DNA of 64,000 bases from Mytilus californianus (Eukaryota), in contig NW_026262615.1 in the NCBI RefSeq assembly GCF_021869535.1, positions 19,096,001 to 19,160,000 on the forward strand, written 5' to 3'. Below the pieces are notes generated by a model. That model was not told the DNA's origin and did not search any database. It saw only the letters and a list, made by a program, of their open reading frames with translations. Position 1 is the stretch's first letter; each line of letters opens with the position of its first letter. Shown piece after piece: positions 10,978 through 24,174 of the stretch. A program made the translations under genes and the position numbers.

Positions 10978-13788
10978 GGAAGCAAAAAATTTAAAAAATT
11001 CGAAAGAGTATTTATGGGTTCTGGAAAAAGGGAGAACGGATCATTATATCTGTATGATGACATTTTCTCTATTGTATATATTTTGCAAATGATTTTTTTT
11101 TTATTTTAACATCCCCATTATTCTCTATTACCTATTTTCGTTGCCCATTTTAATTTTATTTTCATCATTCTCATTTCTGAAAAGCCTATCATGACCCTGT
11201 TATTTAAGACTTTGAATTGCGAAAGATTTATTTGATCAACAAAGATGTCAAATAGGCAACACAAAAGCGACATGAAAATTTGAAGACATCTAGAGGTCAA
11301 CCTACAACCATCGGCAAAAGACAAGAGTATACAATATGCCAAATCGTTCGTACCTATGTAGACCCTTTTGCCAGTTTGTCTCTATAGCTTTTTGTTGCTT
11401 TTGATGTTTGTAATTTGTGTATTGCTTCATATATATAAATGTATATAAGATTTTATTCCTAAAAGGAAATTAGTTGGTTTAGTATATATTTGTGGGTTTA
11501 ACTAGAGGTGCAGGAACTGACGGCTCTTACTAAGCTCCTGAGGTCACATCGGTTTATGATAGGTACATGTTGCTCAATCTTTAGTATTCTGTGTAATGTT
11601 TTTTTTTTTGTCGTTTTTTTCTTTTGGTCATTACGTCGTCTGTTATTTTTATCGTTATTTCTTTTGACCATTATGCTGTCTGTTTTGTTTTCGTCGTTTT
11701 TTTCTTTTTGCCATTATGTTGTCAGCTTTGTTTTCGATCTAATAGTTTTAAACGCCCCCTTAGTGTCCCGCCTCTTTACATTGGAATCAAATTGAAATCA
11801 GCTATATGCAAAGTACAAACAGGGTATTCTCTGCTTCTCAAATTGATCTATAGATGAGGTGTAAACAAGAATTTGAATTTTATCATAATGCAATAAGCGA
11901 ATGGAATAGGTTACCTGATGCCTTAAAAGAAAATGAGAGTCTAATGTCTTTTAACAGGGAAAAAGAATTTCTAGACGAAACAGGCAAAAACGATTCCATC
12001 ACGGATGTATACTTTATTAGTATATTGATACTTATAATGTGATTGATGTAGTCTGTCAGTTCTGTTCGTTTTTAGTAGACTAAAACCTTTAAGTCATGCA
12101 AATCTTAATTGAAAATAAAACCACAGGCGACTTAAAAATATACGTTATCCTTAGGAAATAAATTAAGATATAACGTATACATAAGGGAATGAAAGTTATC
12201 TTTCTTCCAACAGGAAATCTGATAATACCGTGTATAATCAGACACTAATGTACATATATAGATAACGTAAAATGATTAAAACCACCAATTCATGGCCCTT
12301 TGCTTTCTATGTAAAATTCTGCTATTACAAGAATTCACAGCTATTTTGTCTTAAAAGTTTAAATAAAGTGACAGTCATTAAATGTTAAAACTATACTTTT
12401 CCTAAATGTAGCCCGCTTAAGAAATATATTGAACATACTTTTAATTGCATTTAGGATAGCACTGGTTCCTGAAATTTTAGTTATACAGAAACAGTAGCAT
12501 TTGATCCGAGCAACAGGCAAACTATGCCCTCCTATTTCAGTTAAGTTTATTTTTTATGATTGAAAATGGACTGTAAACAATGCGTCTACAATGATTTGAA
12601 GTCACCATTCTTTCGTTTGATATGAAAAAATAACCATATATATTACTTATTTACAAAGTTACAGGAACTACTCTGTGTACGCCGTGTTCTACTATGTACT
12701 CCTTTCGTACAAGTTTCTTTTGACCGGGCCAGAACTAATGGTTCTTTACCATAAAATGACCTAAGTGAGAACTGAAAAACTCTTCCATGGAGGTTTGCCG
12801 TCATGGAATTTAACGAGATACTTCCGTTAAGCATCAATGAGAATAAAATGGAGCTAATTCTTCTAGTATACATTAGAGTTTTGTTTTTTTTTTCGAATTG
12901 TGTAAAACACCTGTAGTTGAACGTTAGTTTTGTCAAACCGCTTGTTAAACCACTTGTCCAATCATCTTTACAAATGGTGTATAAATCGCTTAATAAGAGC
13001 CTGTAGATACTAAAGATGACATTCAAAATCATAAATCGGAGAGAAACTGACAACCCCATGTAAAAAAAGAAAGACGAACACAAGTCCACAAAACACTGCA
13101 TATAAAACTAAAGACTGAACAATACGAACCCCACCAAAAGCTGAGGGTTATCTCAGATGATATCATACTGTATACGCCCACTTGCATTTATACATATATA
13201 TAACATTAACGGGTTAAAATCTAAGCAAAATTTATTCAAAATAGATATCAACACTTTGGAAAGAATTTATGATTTAGGAACATTGTATATATATATAAAT
13301 AACCCTTTGACATATCACCTGATAATCAAATTCTTTGAAATATTTGGCTTTTTATTGCAAGATAAGATCGATTCTATCTGTATATCTCTCGCCGTTCAAG
13401 GATTCAAAACATGATGGTATCGATGTACATGTAGCTGTTTGACTCAGACGAGACGTTGACCATCATCAACCAATCGGTCAAACTATATGATAAAAGATGC
13501 CATTTTAATTGTATTAATGTAATTGTCCCGTTTAGAGCAGGAACATGCAAGCATCCCAATCGTTACTTGTATTTGTGTGTCAATTCTTTTGTACACAAAT
13601 ATATTACCAGATCATTAGGCAGCTAGAAGATGTTGGTTGACATAACATCAGTATTTGGCAGATAATATTATGCTTAGCCCCTAGAAAATGCTTGGTCTGA
13701 AACTGAATAGGTAATTTTATTATTAATCTCTCGCGTATTCCGACGCGACATTAATTGTCAAAATGCGCATCTTTTGCAGTGAAAAGAG

Positions 13789-14080
13789 TAACATGTTTAA
13801 CCCCGCCGCATTTTTGCGTCTGTCTTAAGTCAGGAGTCTCTGGCCTTTGTTAGTCTTGTGTGTTTTTTAATTTTAGTTCATTTATATGTTTTGGAGTTTA
13901 GTGTGACGTCCATTTCCACTGAACTAGTACACATTTTTATGTAGGGGCGGCTGAGGCCCGCCTCTGGGCGCGGGATTTTCTCGCTGTGTTGAAGACCCAT
14001 TGGTGGCCTTCGGCTGTTTTCTGCTCTTTGGTCGGGTTGTTTTCCCTTTGACACATTCCTCATTTCCATTTTCAATTTTA
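13789..14080. repeat. Interspersed repeat family D, near full length; partial copies at 42121-42295 and 7414-7466
   Basis: TTTAACCCCGCCGCATTTTTGCG...AAGTCAGGAG...TTTGACACATTCC(C/T)CATTTCCATT(C/T)TCAATTTTA shared between copies. Confidence 0.8.
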
Positions 14081-15224
14081 CCGTTAATGTTATTCTTAAC
14101 ATTTTATTTCCACTTTTGCATTTTGATTATGAGTCTCAAATTTGAAAGTTACCTTGACGTTTTTTTTTCTTTTAATATGTAATTTGTTAACTTTCATGCA
14201 TTTAAAATACAATATGCAATTTAATATTTTGGTTGATATGATTCATATTGTAATTTAAGAAATAACTCCTTCATGTCAACTCTATGCTCATTTTTAAAAT
14301 GGGTAGGCATTTTATTTGTCGATATTTTATCTTATAGCAGGTTGAATATATATTGTTATTATATATAATACATTTTTGAAGCTACTAAAATATATATATT
14401 TTATTAGGATAAAAATGAAAATAACGAGAATGTAAACAGTCAGTTTGTGCGCATGTGGCAAACATATTTGTGTTTATTAGAAAACGGCTTTGTTTACAAA
14501 GCGTAATAAGGACGTCATATTAGAATAATCTGTACATGATTGAACTGATAGCCTCTTTTTTGTAATTTGCAAAAACTTTATAATATCAATGTGTGGCTGA
14601 ATTTGTAAATGAAGACGTCGCGAAAACTAATTGACTTTAAAATTAATCTGTTTTCTCCATGATAATTGTTTTATCTCAATATTCCTCGGACAGCTGAGAC
14701 TAATCGAATCTTGAAATGTCAAATAACATGGTACCAATGTTGTTTTTTTCATGGCGTTTTCAGTTTATTTTGGACTTATAAGTTTGAAAATCCTTTTGAT
14801 ATCTTTCGACTCCCTTGTTTGACTGTACTAATTCTCTTTAATTTGCAAGATCATCTACATCTTTTCATTGAATAGGATTCCTAGTTTAAGTAAAACTAAT
14901 AGCACACGATACAAGATTTTTGTCCCAAGTCAAGGAAAATCAAACTCTTTTACCAATCTTAATGATTCTATTAACCAATTCATTTAAAATTATCTTTTGA
15001 TCGACAACATAGTCATTTGATTTGGAAGTTTGATTATTCAAATTGTACAATCCTGCATCAAACTTTTTCTGGTACTCATTCGTATGATAATTTTATATCT
15101 GCATTTTTTAAGAAAGGCGGAATAAATCTGGTCAAATTCCATTTAGATAGCCTTTATACAAAGATGAACTTCAGATGACTTTTTTTTATGTCCCATTTTG
15201 TTTTAAAGCTATGTACATGTTTTG

Positions 15225-15505
15225 GTTCTAATGCAGGAATCTGATGTTCAGTAGTTGTCGTTTGTTGATGTGGTTCATAAGTGTTTCTCGTTTCTTGTTT
15301 TTTATATAGATTAGACCGTTGGTTTTCCCGTTTGAATGGTTTTACACTAGTAATTTTTGGGGCCCTTTATAGCTTACTGTTCGGTGAGAGCCAAGGCTCC
15401 GTGTTGAAGACCGTACTGTGACCTATAATGGTTTACTTTTATAAATTTTGACTTGGATGGAGAGTTGTCTCATTGGCACTCATACCACATCTTCTTATAT
15501 CTATT
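15225..15505. repeat. Interspersed repeat family E; related copies at 30322, 32012, 35140, 36998-37370, 42820-42940, 45345-45505, 63925-64000
   Basis: Shared terminal motif AAGATGTGGTAYGA(T/G)TGCCAATGAGACAAC in either orientation. Confidence 0.8.
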
Positions 15506-16814
15506 GACTTTCAAATGTTTGGGTTTGAGAATTCCTGTATCCAAACAAACGATTCTGACGCACAAAATTGATAAAGTGTTATTTTTCTTTCATACTACTT
15601 GATATTGATAATCCTTTTCAATCAATAATCGTTCTATCACACCAATGGTATACCCACGTGAACATAAAATTAAGACAAATACAGAGACAAGAGGGTAGAA
15701 CTTAATCTAAAAGTGATACTGATGGACAAATGAAAATTAAACTTTATTTCATTACTGCGATTATAGTAACTTAGATATACATTTAACTTAAAAACTACTC
15801 GTGCAACGATATGTGAATGCGCGACTAGAAGAGAAGCGAATGATACCACAGAGGCATTCAAACTCATAAGTCGAAAATAAACTGACAACGCCATGGTTAA
15901 AAAAGAAAAACAGACAAACAGACAAACAACAGTACACAAAACAAATGAAATTGTCACTTCACAAACTCCGCGATTACAATTATTTATTGTATTGTAGTTA
16001 CATTGTCTCGACTTCGTAAGTCAGAATAGAAAAGTTTTAACTCGATCATAGATCCCACGTTATATCAACCTGATATTGTGATTGTTTTGTAAAGTGTTTT
16101 GATTTGACTTGGTTGGGCCTTGCAGTAGTGTGACGGGTGAAGTATGAATATCTTATTATGATTATCCTGTCGATTCTTTTCACTTCCTTTGAGGTTCATT
16201 CGATGCCGTTGATATTACTATAATATCTTGCTGTTTTAAACCTGATATCGGTTAAGAAATCCTAGTTTCATGATTGTATCACCGAGGGATTTATTGAAAT
16301 ATTAGTTTTCCATTTGTAGCCGATTATTAAAAATCAAGTGGAAATGATAATTTATAAGGCAGATCTAAAAAGTTATTTTTGGAGTTATTTTTAAATAGAG
16401 TCTATCATGTTTCTCGTCCCTTTTTCTCATGGGACAACTGATAGCATTCGGAAAAGGATTGACACTGATAATGCATGAATATAACAGTTTTAACTTCTTG
16501 GTTCTATCAAACAAAATCTTTGGATCTGGTCTAGAGCAAAGTTTTAAACTACTTTTGCTTTATATTGTGCTGACCAACCTAAATTTTAATTTACCAAATA
16601 CCCCTTATCGCTAATTATCGAATATCACAGGTGTTATCTACAAAATTGTTTACGTTGTCAAAAGAGAAATGTCTTAAAACAAAGTGTAGAAATGGTTGTT
16701 AATAATAGGTCAAGTGAAACAAATTTCTGGTCAAATGTGACAGAAACCCAAACAAAACAATGTGTTTAAAATATCTAGCTATTTACCTTTATCACAATGA
16801 CGATTTAAGAACAC

Positions 16815-17390
16815 TTTAACGTACAAATTTAAGTGCACTAGATGCACATTTCGACAATTAATGTCTTTCAGTGATGCTCGAGGGCAGAATATTAGAAAGT
16901 TCGAAATCTAATACAAACATTGAAGAGCTGATAAAACAAGAAAAGGACCAAAGTAAAGCCAAACCCGGAATAGAAATCAGTGAACAAAATCCGTATTTTT
17001 ATGCCAGTAAAGAAGTGTTGGCAACTGGGTTGGTTATAATCTCGGGGACTAACAATCAACAAATTTTATTTTAAGTTAAGGGGTATCATATTGGAGTATT
17101 TATGCCTCGTACCATTAGGAATTATTCCCTATTTGTACCGATTCACTTTCATAAAGTGGGAAGATGGCGTTATACCACTAACTAATAATTACATTAAATG
17201 GTACCAATGTTATTGCACCAGATACGCATTTCGACAAATAATGTCTTTTGAGTGACTCTCAAAGCTAAAATGTTTGAAACATTCAAGAAAAACCGTCAAG
17301 AAATCAGAGTTTTGCATGAGAAAGATACATCCCGTAGTGTCAAATGATTTCCTGCTTTTATAACAGTAAATGTCAATCATATAATATCCG
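16815..17390 (-). mobile_element. Decayed family B retrozyme, ~380-nt period, two inactive HHRs (16835-16879, 17215-17260)
   Basis: Two copies of the GACA/TGTC-GAAA-TG(C/T)GYATC motif lie 380 nt apart, with cores CTGAAAG (1-nt deletion) and CTCAAAA. The internal sequence is homologous to 54906-55310. Confidence 0.7.
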
Positions 17391-19959
17391 TACTATCATA
17401 TAATGACGTAAAAAGATCGCCTGTAATTCAAGATTTTCGGTGAAGGACATTGTATTAATAACTTTTTTTGTTGGAGTGACCATCACAGCTGTTATGGAAA
17501 TCTGTCAATTATTTATCCGTATGTCCATCATGTGTACACTTTATAATAAGTGTTGCATGCGAAAAACGTATCTTCCATTACAGCAGCGACTCTATTTGCT
17601 AAGAGTATCATCGCATTTTGTTCCGACATTTATTAGTTTTATAAATTAACTTAATGTCTGACTGAGCACGATTAATGTCACAGAAAACTTCGTAGCCTAG
17701 ACAGAAATTGTATGGTGGACAGCTGTTGAAAGATTGTCTTCCCAGCAGTTGAAAATATATGTCCATAAATTACACTGGATCTCTAATTTGATTTAATACC
17801 TTTGGGTTTTAAAAATGGGACAGATACTGCATTTTTCGGGGAGGGGAGCATTTAAAGCTGCCAATGTTTATTAGAATACATTTTTTCGGTGATTTAATTG
17901 TAAAATATACAACTTCTACAGAAATATACAATAACAACAAAATATTTACAAGTCTGATATGAGTAGGGAAACGCCCATCGCATAAACGACTGGGTAATGT
18001 GTGCAGACTACAAAAATGAAGGGCATTATAAAATCATCTTTGAAATTATATGGCAAAATGTGTTAGTTCAAAATATTGCAGGATTATGGAAGTGTATCAA
18101 TTAATAACTCAACTGAGTAAAATATGTGACTGACGTTAAGATCGGAGGAAGGAGAAGTATTTACGAAATAATTTAAATACTATAATGCAGAACGATATGT
18201 TTCTGAGGAACTTTTTTAGAATAAAAAGTATTACATATATATATATGAAAAACTTGTAAATTGGATGGCTCCCCTTTATCCAAATTTTAAGGTTGTGAAA
18301 ACATTAACGTTACCATCTTTACTGGACTGTAAATTATATATCTTACGTGGAAAATACGTCATAGCATAATGACGTCACGAATGTAAACTTTTTCGTATAA
18401 AAAAAACGTATTAATTTATCGACTTTGATAAACTTAGTCTTGGACGTTTGTTTTATTTTTCAAATCAAATAACATATATATAACAAATAAAGCATTCATG
18501 TTAAATAGTTTATACTTTATTTTCAAAAATCAACACACGAAGAACCTGAAAAAATTACACAACACATTGTGGAATTATATAACTTGCAATATTGAATGCA
18601 AGCAGTCCGTTAAAGATGGTTATAAGCTTTCTATTTGTCAAAGTTGTTAAATAGGAAAAATGCAATAGTATTAAATCAATATTAACGGAAATGCTTTTTT
18701 TTCAAATGTAAAAAATGCAAAAAAAATTAAAAAAATGGCGAGAGAAGCTGACTTTGTTTTTTTCACACTACAGCAAAAATATAGACAAATTGGACCATAG
18801 CTGTGGAAGACATATTTAGTTTTCTCAAAACTTATCATTATTAAAATTTTTTATGAACATATTCATAATACTTGCATACGTACACTTTAAGTTTAAAGAA
18901 TAACGAAATTAAATCGCAATTTTATGAGGAAAAACGACTGAAATCGATATAACGGTCTTAATCACAGATTGGCTGACCGACACGATAGGTCTGTGTCTCA
19001 ACTCACAAGTGACATGTTTCGTGGCAGTAGATCTTCAGATACCAGAATCGTCGTCTTATTTGACAATTTTTCTATTTCGTACTCTTTGCGCTGTAAAATG
19101 TTTTGTAGTTTCGTTTGGTAGGATACGCTATTCCGTCAATGCACCCGATCTTGTTTCTTTTGCAATTCGTGCGATTCCTTCAATTTTTATATATACGTTG
19201 ATATTTTTCTTCTGAATGAATTTATGAAAATGGAACATTGTTAAAGTACTGTTGCCTCCTAATTTGGATTCCTTTTTTTTCTAAATCTTACTCAACGGAT
19301 ACATTTTTATGAGCAGTATGTCGTTATTTTATGCTAAAATGGATTTAATAATTAAAAAACAACACTTATTGGCAACCGTTTTTTGATCCATTAGCAGTGA
19401 ATTGAAATCTAGGTCACTTTATAGATTTTCGTCCTGAACCATTATGAATTAGATAATAACTTTTGTCAGTACATGTATATATAAGAATATGAAGATGCAG
19501 TTTGATTGCCAATACAAAATCTATAATCCATAAACCATAAACCAAATGGACAGTGGTGTTTATAACTTCAGGTCATTGCATGCCCCTTTTACAAAAGGAT
19601 AAATCGTACCATATACATATATATATATATACAAGTCTAAATTGAAAACATCGTTCAAACCTATGATTGCGTTGGATAAAAACCGCAATTTTTATACGTG
19701 TGCATGCAAAACAAAACAGCACAAACAACATTTTCCAAAAGACCAAAAATGTAAAAAAGTATATTTTAACAAAACGCATTTGACTAACAGTTCGAACAAC
19801 AAATGTTCTTAAACCCTGCTGACTGCCATTGGCGATTGCCAAATAAACGGATCACCGATGTAATAAATGGATCTTAATTATAAATTTAATACTAAACAGA
19901 AAACAATAAACTTGCGGAAAAGATGGTATACCGCAAACAAAAGGTGCAAAGGTTTTTGT

Positions 19960-20004
19960 ACACCATATCCGGATTTCGACAATTAATGTCTCTTCAGTGA
20001 TGTT
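19960..20004 (-). ncRNA. Intact minimal type I hammerhead ribozyme, family B variant
   Basis: Minus strand AACATCA CTGAAGA GACA-TTAAT-TGTC GAAA TCCGGA T A TGGTGT. Core intact, stem III palindrome ATCCGGAT, 6-bp stem I, AUA triplet. Confidence 0.82.
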
Positions 20005-20229
20005 AGGAATCGAAACGGTATTTGGAAAGCCATACAATTTACCTCAATTTATATATAAAGCACGAAAAACCTATCAAAATTACAAAGTTACGAAAGAAAC
20101 GTATTTATGAAGCCCAAATTAACTTAACCATGTTTCCCAAGACAAAAATATGAATTAGTTCCCCTCCAATGGATTTGGAAAAACACGTTCTAAGCAGTCT
20201 GAGAAAAGTATGATCTTGCCAATGCGAAA

Positions 20230-20650
20230 ACTATGAGTTTTCAAATTTGTGACTTTGAGCGTTCTTGGTAAAAAAACTAGGAGGCAACTAGTATTTAAAG
20301 TATTATTTTTCATTTACTTAAACTGGGTCAATTTCGCTGTTGGTGGACTATAAGTCCCCTATTGTATCATCAGCTCAGGTATGGCACTGACATGATTTAT
20401 AAAATACCTAGTTTTCAAATTCTCTGATAATTAACAAATTTGGAAATTATAAAGAAACTAAGTTTCAAACTCCCTCGTGAACATTTGTTTTTTTAATGGA
20501 TTTGGCTATTCATTGGGTGTCCAATTTGGTCATGTAGCCTCACACGTTTCCAAGTACTTATACATTGTTGGCTTTCCATGTTTTGGTTTTGCACATTCCA
20601 GATGAAGGTCCATAAAAACGTTTCAAACAGAATTACTTTATGAAGTGTTA
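20230..20650 (+). mobile_element. Decayed family C retrozyme (about one monomer between two degenerate HHRs at ~20257 and ~20592)
   Basis: GAGCGTTCTTGGTAA... and CACATTC CAGATGA AGGT... lie ~335 nt apart. The internal CTGGGTC...GGTGGACTATAAGTCCCC...GACATGA is homologous to the core of families A and B. Confidence 0.6.
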
Positions 20651-21488
20651 TTTTTTAGTCACATCAGTCATTTCAATACAAATATATGATGTTCATTGCT
20701 TTTAAGCAATTTACAAATACCATAGTTGTGATGAAAACAATTTCATGTCTAAGATTTACTAGCTTACAATGCAAAATAGGCGGTTATTATAAAATTATTT
20801 GTTAGATAAATACATAAGTGGCCTGCGTTTCACAAATAGAATCTTACGACCAATTTAACTGAAATGTTCATTAGTATTTGTTCATAAGATGTTTGTGAAA
20901 ATTGATTAATGAACCCAACAAATAAACTAGGTCGAAGTGCATTACTTTAGATATCTATGATTAGATGTAATGATTTGTGAAGTATATAAATAGTCGACAC
21001 CAAAAGTTTCTCTTGATAAATTTCGTAATACATCTCGTATTCAAGAACTATCATGGTCTGTAATACTAATTAAAAGTCATCGACCAAAAGATAGAGTCAA
21101 TAACATTTGACTGGTAGAATTCTTATCTGTACTTTGTATCATATTGCTAGCATGTTTTAATTATAAAACTTTACACATGATTTTTTTTCATACTTGTCGG
21201 ATTTGCTTGAGTAATTTAATATAGCACCAGTAACAAAAATGTTTAAAGATAATTATAATGTTCTAAATGTTATGAACAAATGTTTCTTTCTTATAATGTT
21301 TTGCTTATCCAATGAAAAAAAACCCATTAGGGTGGTAAATCATCATATAAGAATATGCATTTAATCACAAATGCATTAAATTTTGAATGATAACGATAAT
21401 GAATGTCATAAATTAATTTCAAAAGAATAATTTGTATTAGAATTGCTCTTATAAACCTTTTCCTCTTGTTAATCAAAAAAAATTTTTT

Positions 21489-21556
21489 CACTTTGACCGC
21501 ATGTTGAACTTTGACCCACCTGAACTTTCATTGCTTTACTTCACATTCTGATTGGT
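21489..21556. promoter_or_regulatory. Candidate cluster of nuclear-receptor DR1 (HNF4/COUP-type) sites plus CCAAT box
   Basis: Minus strand GGGTCAAAGTTCA (21505-21517), two partial neighbours, and ATTGG at 21551-21555. Motif match only. Confidence 0.3.
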
Positions 21557-22374
21557 CATTTTTATTTGTAAACGAAGACCTTTTTTTCATTGCATTTAGA
21601 ACTTAGTTTTGTTGGCAGAAACACATACGGACATGCATGTAGTTTATTATCACCATAGATCATATTAAAGTAAATTTCCACGCATATGTATAGTGAGGGA
21701 GAGCATGACTAGTTTTAAGCGATAAAATTCTCATATAAGACTAAACTTAGGGTTTGTTAAAATCCTTATAAAACTCGCCTTGTAAATTTAAAGCAGATGG
21801 TAATCTGTTAAAGTGTCTCATCATCAGTATGACATATTATAATAATTAATGTATAAGAATTCCATTAATATCACTTACGGGATAAAATCATGGTAAACTA
21901 CTTCTATTGACCCAGTTTATTGATATAGATTAAGTAGATGTCTGAGAATTTTATGGATGATTTCCCTCTCTTAATAAGATGAGATTGAAAAATGAAGGTC
22001 ACCTGCCTACTTTTACCATTTATTTATTGCAGACCAATTTGTCATCACATCAAAAACAAATGTGTTGCTTAGAAATGTGCGCTTGGCAGGGATCTTATTT
22101 AGTCTTTGTACTTATCTGGACCACCTTAAATCAGCTGTAGAGTTTGATACACGAACACAAACAAATACTACCTATGATGTATAATGACATATTTGTTTGT
22201 ATTGGTCTACCTCTTTTTTGTGCGAACAAGGATTTGGTTTGATGTTTTTAATTGGTTGTTTTTGTCCTTTAGTTTTTTAGGTACCAATTATCGGAGAATA
22301 CATCTTGTCTTGATCAACACAATATAGCTTCAGCTTTTGTTTACCGAGCTAAATGCAGTAATTCTTGAGTTTAG

Positions 22375-22379
<5 letters not shown>

Positions 22380-22433
<54 letters not shown>
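22380..22433 (+). repeat. (TC)n/(TG)n microsatellite
   Basis: About 22 TC units followed by a short TG run. Confidence 0.95.
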
Positions 22434-22889
22434 ATGTGAGCCAACCTTTGTATCTAGAATCCTACATTTCAATTTCATACGTATTTATGATATGTATGTA
22501 CTCATTACAAAGTTGATTAATCAAAAATGCTCTGGTTGTTTAAACATTTAAATCAAAAACTAAACATTAATTAATCTATTTTGATTTTAATTGAATTTGT
22601 ATTTTAGACAAAACGCAACAATACAATATGATGCTTGTGCGCTGAGCCTTGTTGGTTTTGTGTTTGAATTTTGTGTCATGGTGCAATACACTTATATCCT
22701 TTTCATCAAGCTTTTAGCAAAGTAAGTCTAAGAAATTTATGAAATTATAAATAAATTGATTGTCCAGCATTTTGATAGTTAAAAAACGATTTCAGACAAG
22801 TTCGGCAAATTCAAATAAAACACATATTTGTGACAGAATAATTGAGTAATCCTTGATTAAACTCGATCTAGATAAAGTAAAAAATAATA

Positions 22890-23290
22890 AAACAACACAA
22901 TTGCATGCGTCCTAAACTCTTTACTAGATGTACCTTCATCAGAAACTCTCAAAGCCGAATATTTGAGAGCCAAGGATGTATAAGAACCGAAACAATTGAA
23001 GAGCTATATATCAAATTAATTCGTAAAGAAATACATGAAAAGCAACGAAATAGTTATGCAATGTTTCTACCTTTAGTGTGTTTTTCTTTAGGCAAACCCC
23101 TTTTTACCCTTAATGTAGTCATAAATGAAATTTGTAGAAACAAGGAAAAAAAAGCATACAATTTAAAATCATGCTTATAAATTAAATTAACTTTTTATAA
23201 TTAAATTTGTTTCGTTCGACATGTTTTTGGATTTACCTTTATCAGGAACACTCAAAGCCATACATTTAAAACTAGGAGGTATAAATAATT
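22890..23290 (-). mobile_element. Decayed family C retrozyme dimer (~300-nt period)
   Basis: TACCTTCATCAGAAACTCTCAAAGCC at 22931 and TACCTTTATCAGGAACACTCAAAGCC at 23234, i.e. minus-strand CTGAT(G/A)AAGGTA cores. Confidence 0.6.
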
Positions 23291-23299
23291 ATAAAAAAA

Positions 23300-23410
23300 A
23301 TCAAAGATACCATGCATTTCATTTTGAACGCAAGAAGCGAATCTCTTCTACAAAGAACTCATCAGTGACACTCGAATGAAAAATGTTGAAAGGCCAAAAA
23401 AAATATGAAA
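23300..23410 (-). mobile_element. Decayed family A HHR fragment
   Basis: Minus strand GAGTGTCA CTGATGA GTTCTTTGTAGAA GAGA TTCGCTTC TTGCGT at 23328-23373. Confidence 0.55.
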
Positions 23411-23954
23411 AATAAACGTGTGCTACAAATGTCAGTAATATGCATATTCATCCAAATCAATACATCAAATGTCTTGGTTAAACAGTTTTAAATGATTAAA
23501 TATCTCGTTCCATTGTATTCCAAGCTAAGGGTTTGTTATATTTTCAAAAGCAAGTCATACAAAGACTTCTTAAGCAACGTATAGATTTTCAATTTGTTAA
23601 ACATGGTCTTGAATGTTTGTTATCAATTTTGAACATGAAGGATAAATCTGATAGAATATGCTTAGATACCTAATTGTATATTGAATGTCAACTATTATTG
23701 CAATATTAATGTGTCATATTTAATTGCTCCCATGAAGCTTTCTTCATTTTGGTAATAAACAATGGCGGATTGTTTCACCATGAACGCATGTTGGAATGTT
23801 ATCTCATCTTTACGTATATTGCCACACCCGACATATTGATAAGTAATCTTATTAAGGTAAACTTAAGTTTACGAATTAAACTTCCACACATAAATATAGG
23901 GAGGAAAAGAATTATTTAGCAATACAATTTCCATGTAGGACTAACTTTAATCTT

Positions 23955-24174
23955 TGAGGGTCTTGATGGGTGTTACAGAGTAGAGAATAATGGGCGAAAA
24001 AAAAATAAAGAATAAAGAAAATTGGGGTGCTAAAATATAAAGAATAGAGAATAATGAGGTGCTAAAATATAAAGAATAGAGAATAATGGGCAAAATGAAT
24101 AAAAAATAGAATAAAATAGCCTAAAAAAATAAAGAATACTGAAAAAAGGACCCCCACCCCCATCCAGACCCTCA
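23955..24174. mobile_element. MITE with TGAGGGTCT(G/T)GATGGG TIRs and internal ~33-bp purine-rich repeats
   Basis: TGAGGGTCTTGATGGG...CCCATCCAGACCCTCA (16-bp TIR, 1 mismatch); internal AAAGAATAGAGAATAATGRGGTGCTAAAATAT repeats. Confidence 0.75.

Noticed and set aside
12643-13101. Longest non-KCNQ ORF (152 aa)
   Set aside because: It begins inside a family H repeat and has no recognisable motif or splice context.
13878-14102. ORFs 13878-14102 and 42138-42413 with similar peptides (MEMxNVSKxQQPD...) as a gene family
   Set aside because: Both lie in copies of repeat family D; the similarity is repeat-derived and the frames are not conserved at the ends.
18136-18961. Possible TTAA-flanked transposon
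   Set aside because: The terminal match (TTAAGATCG vs TTAAGACCG) is too short to support.
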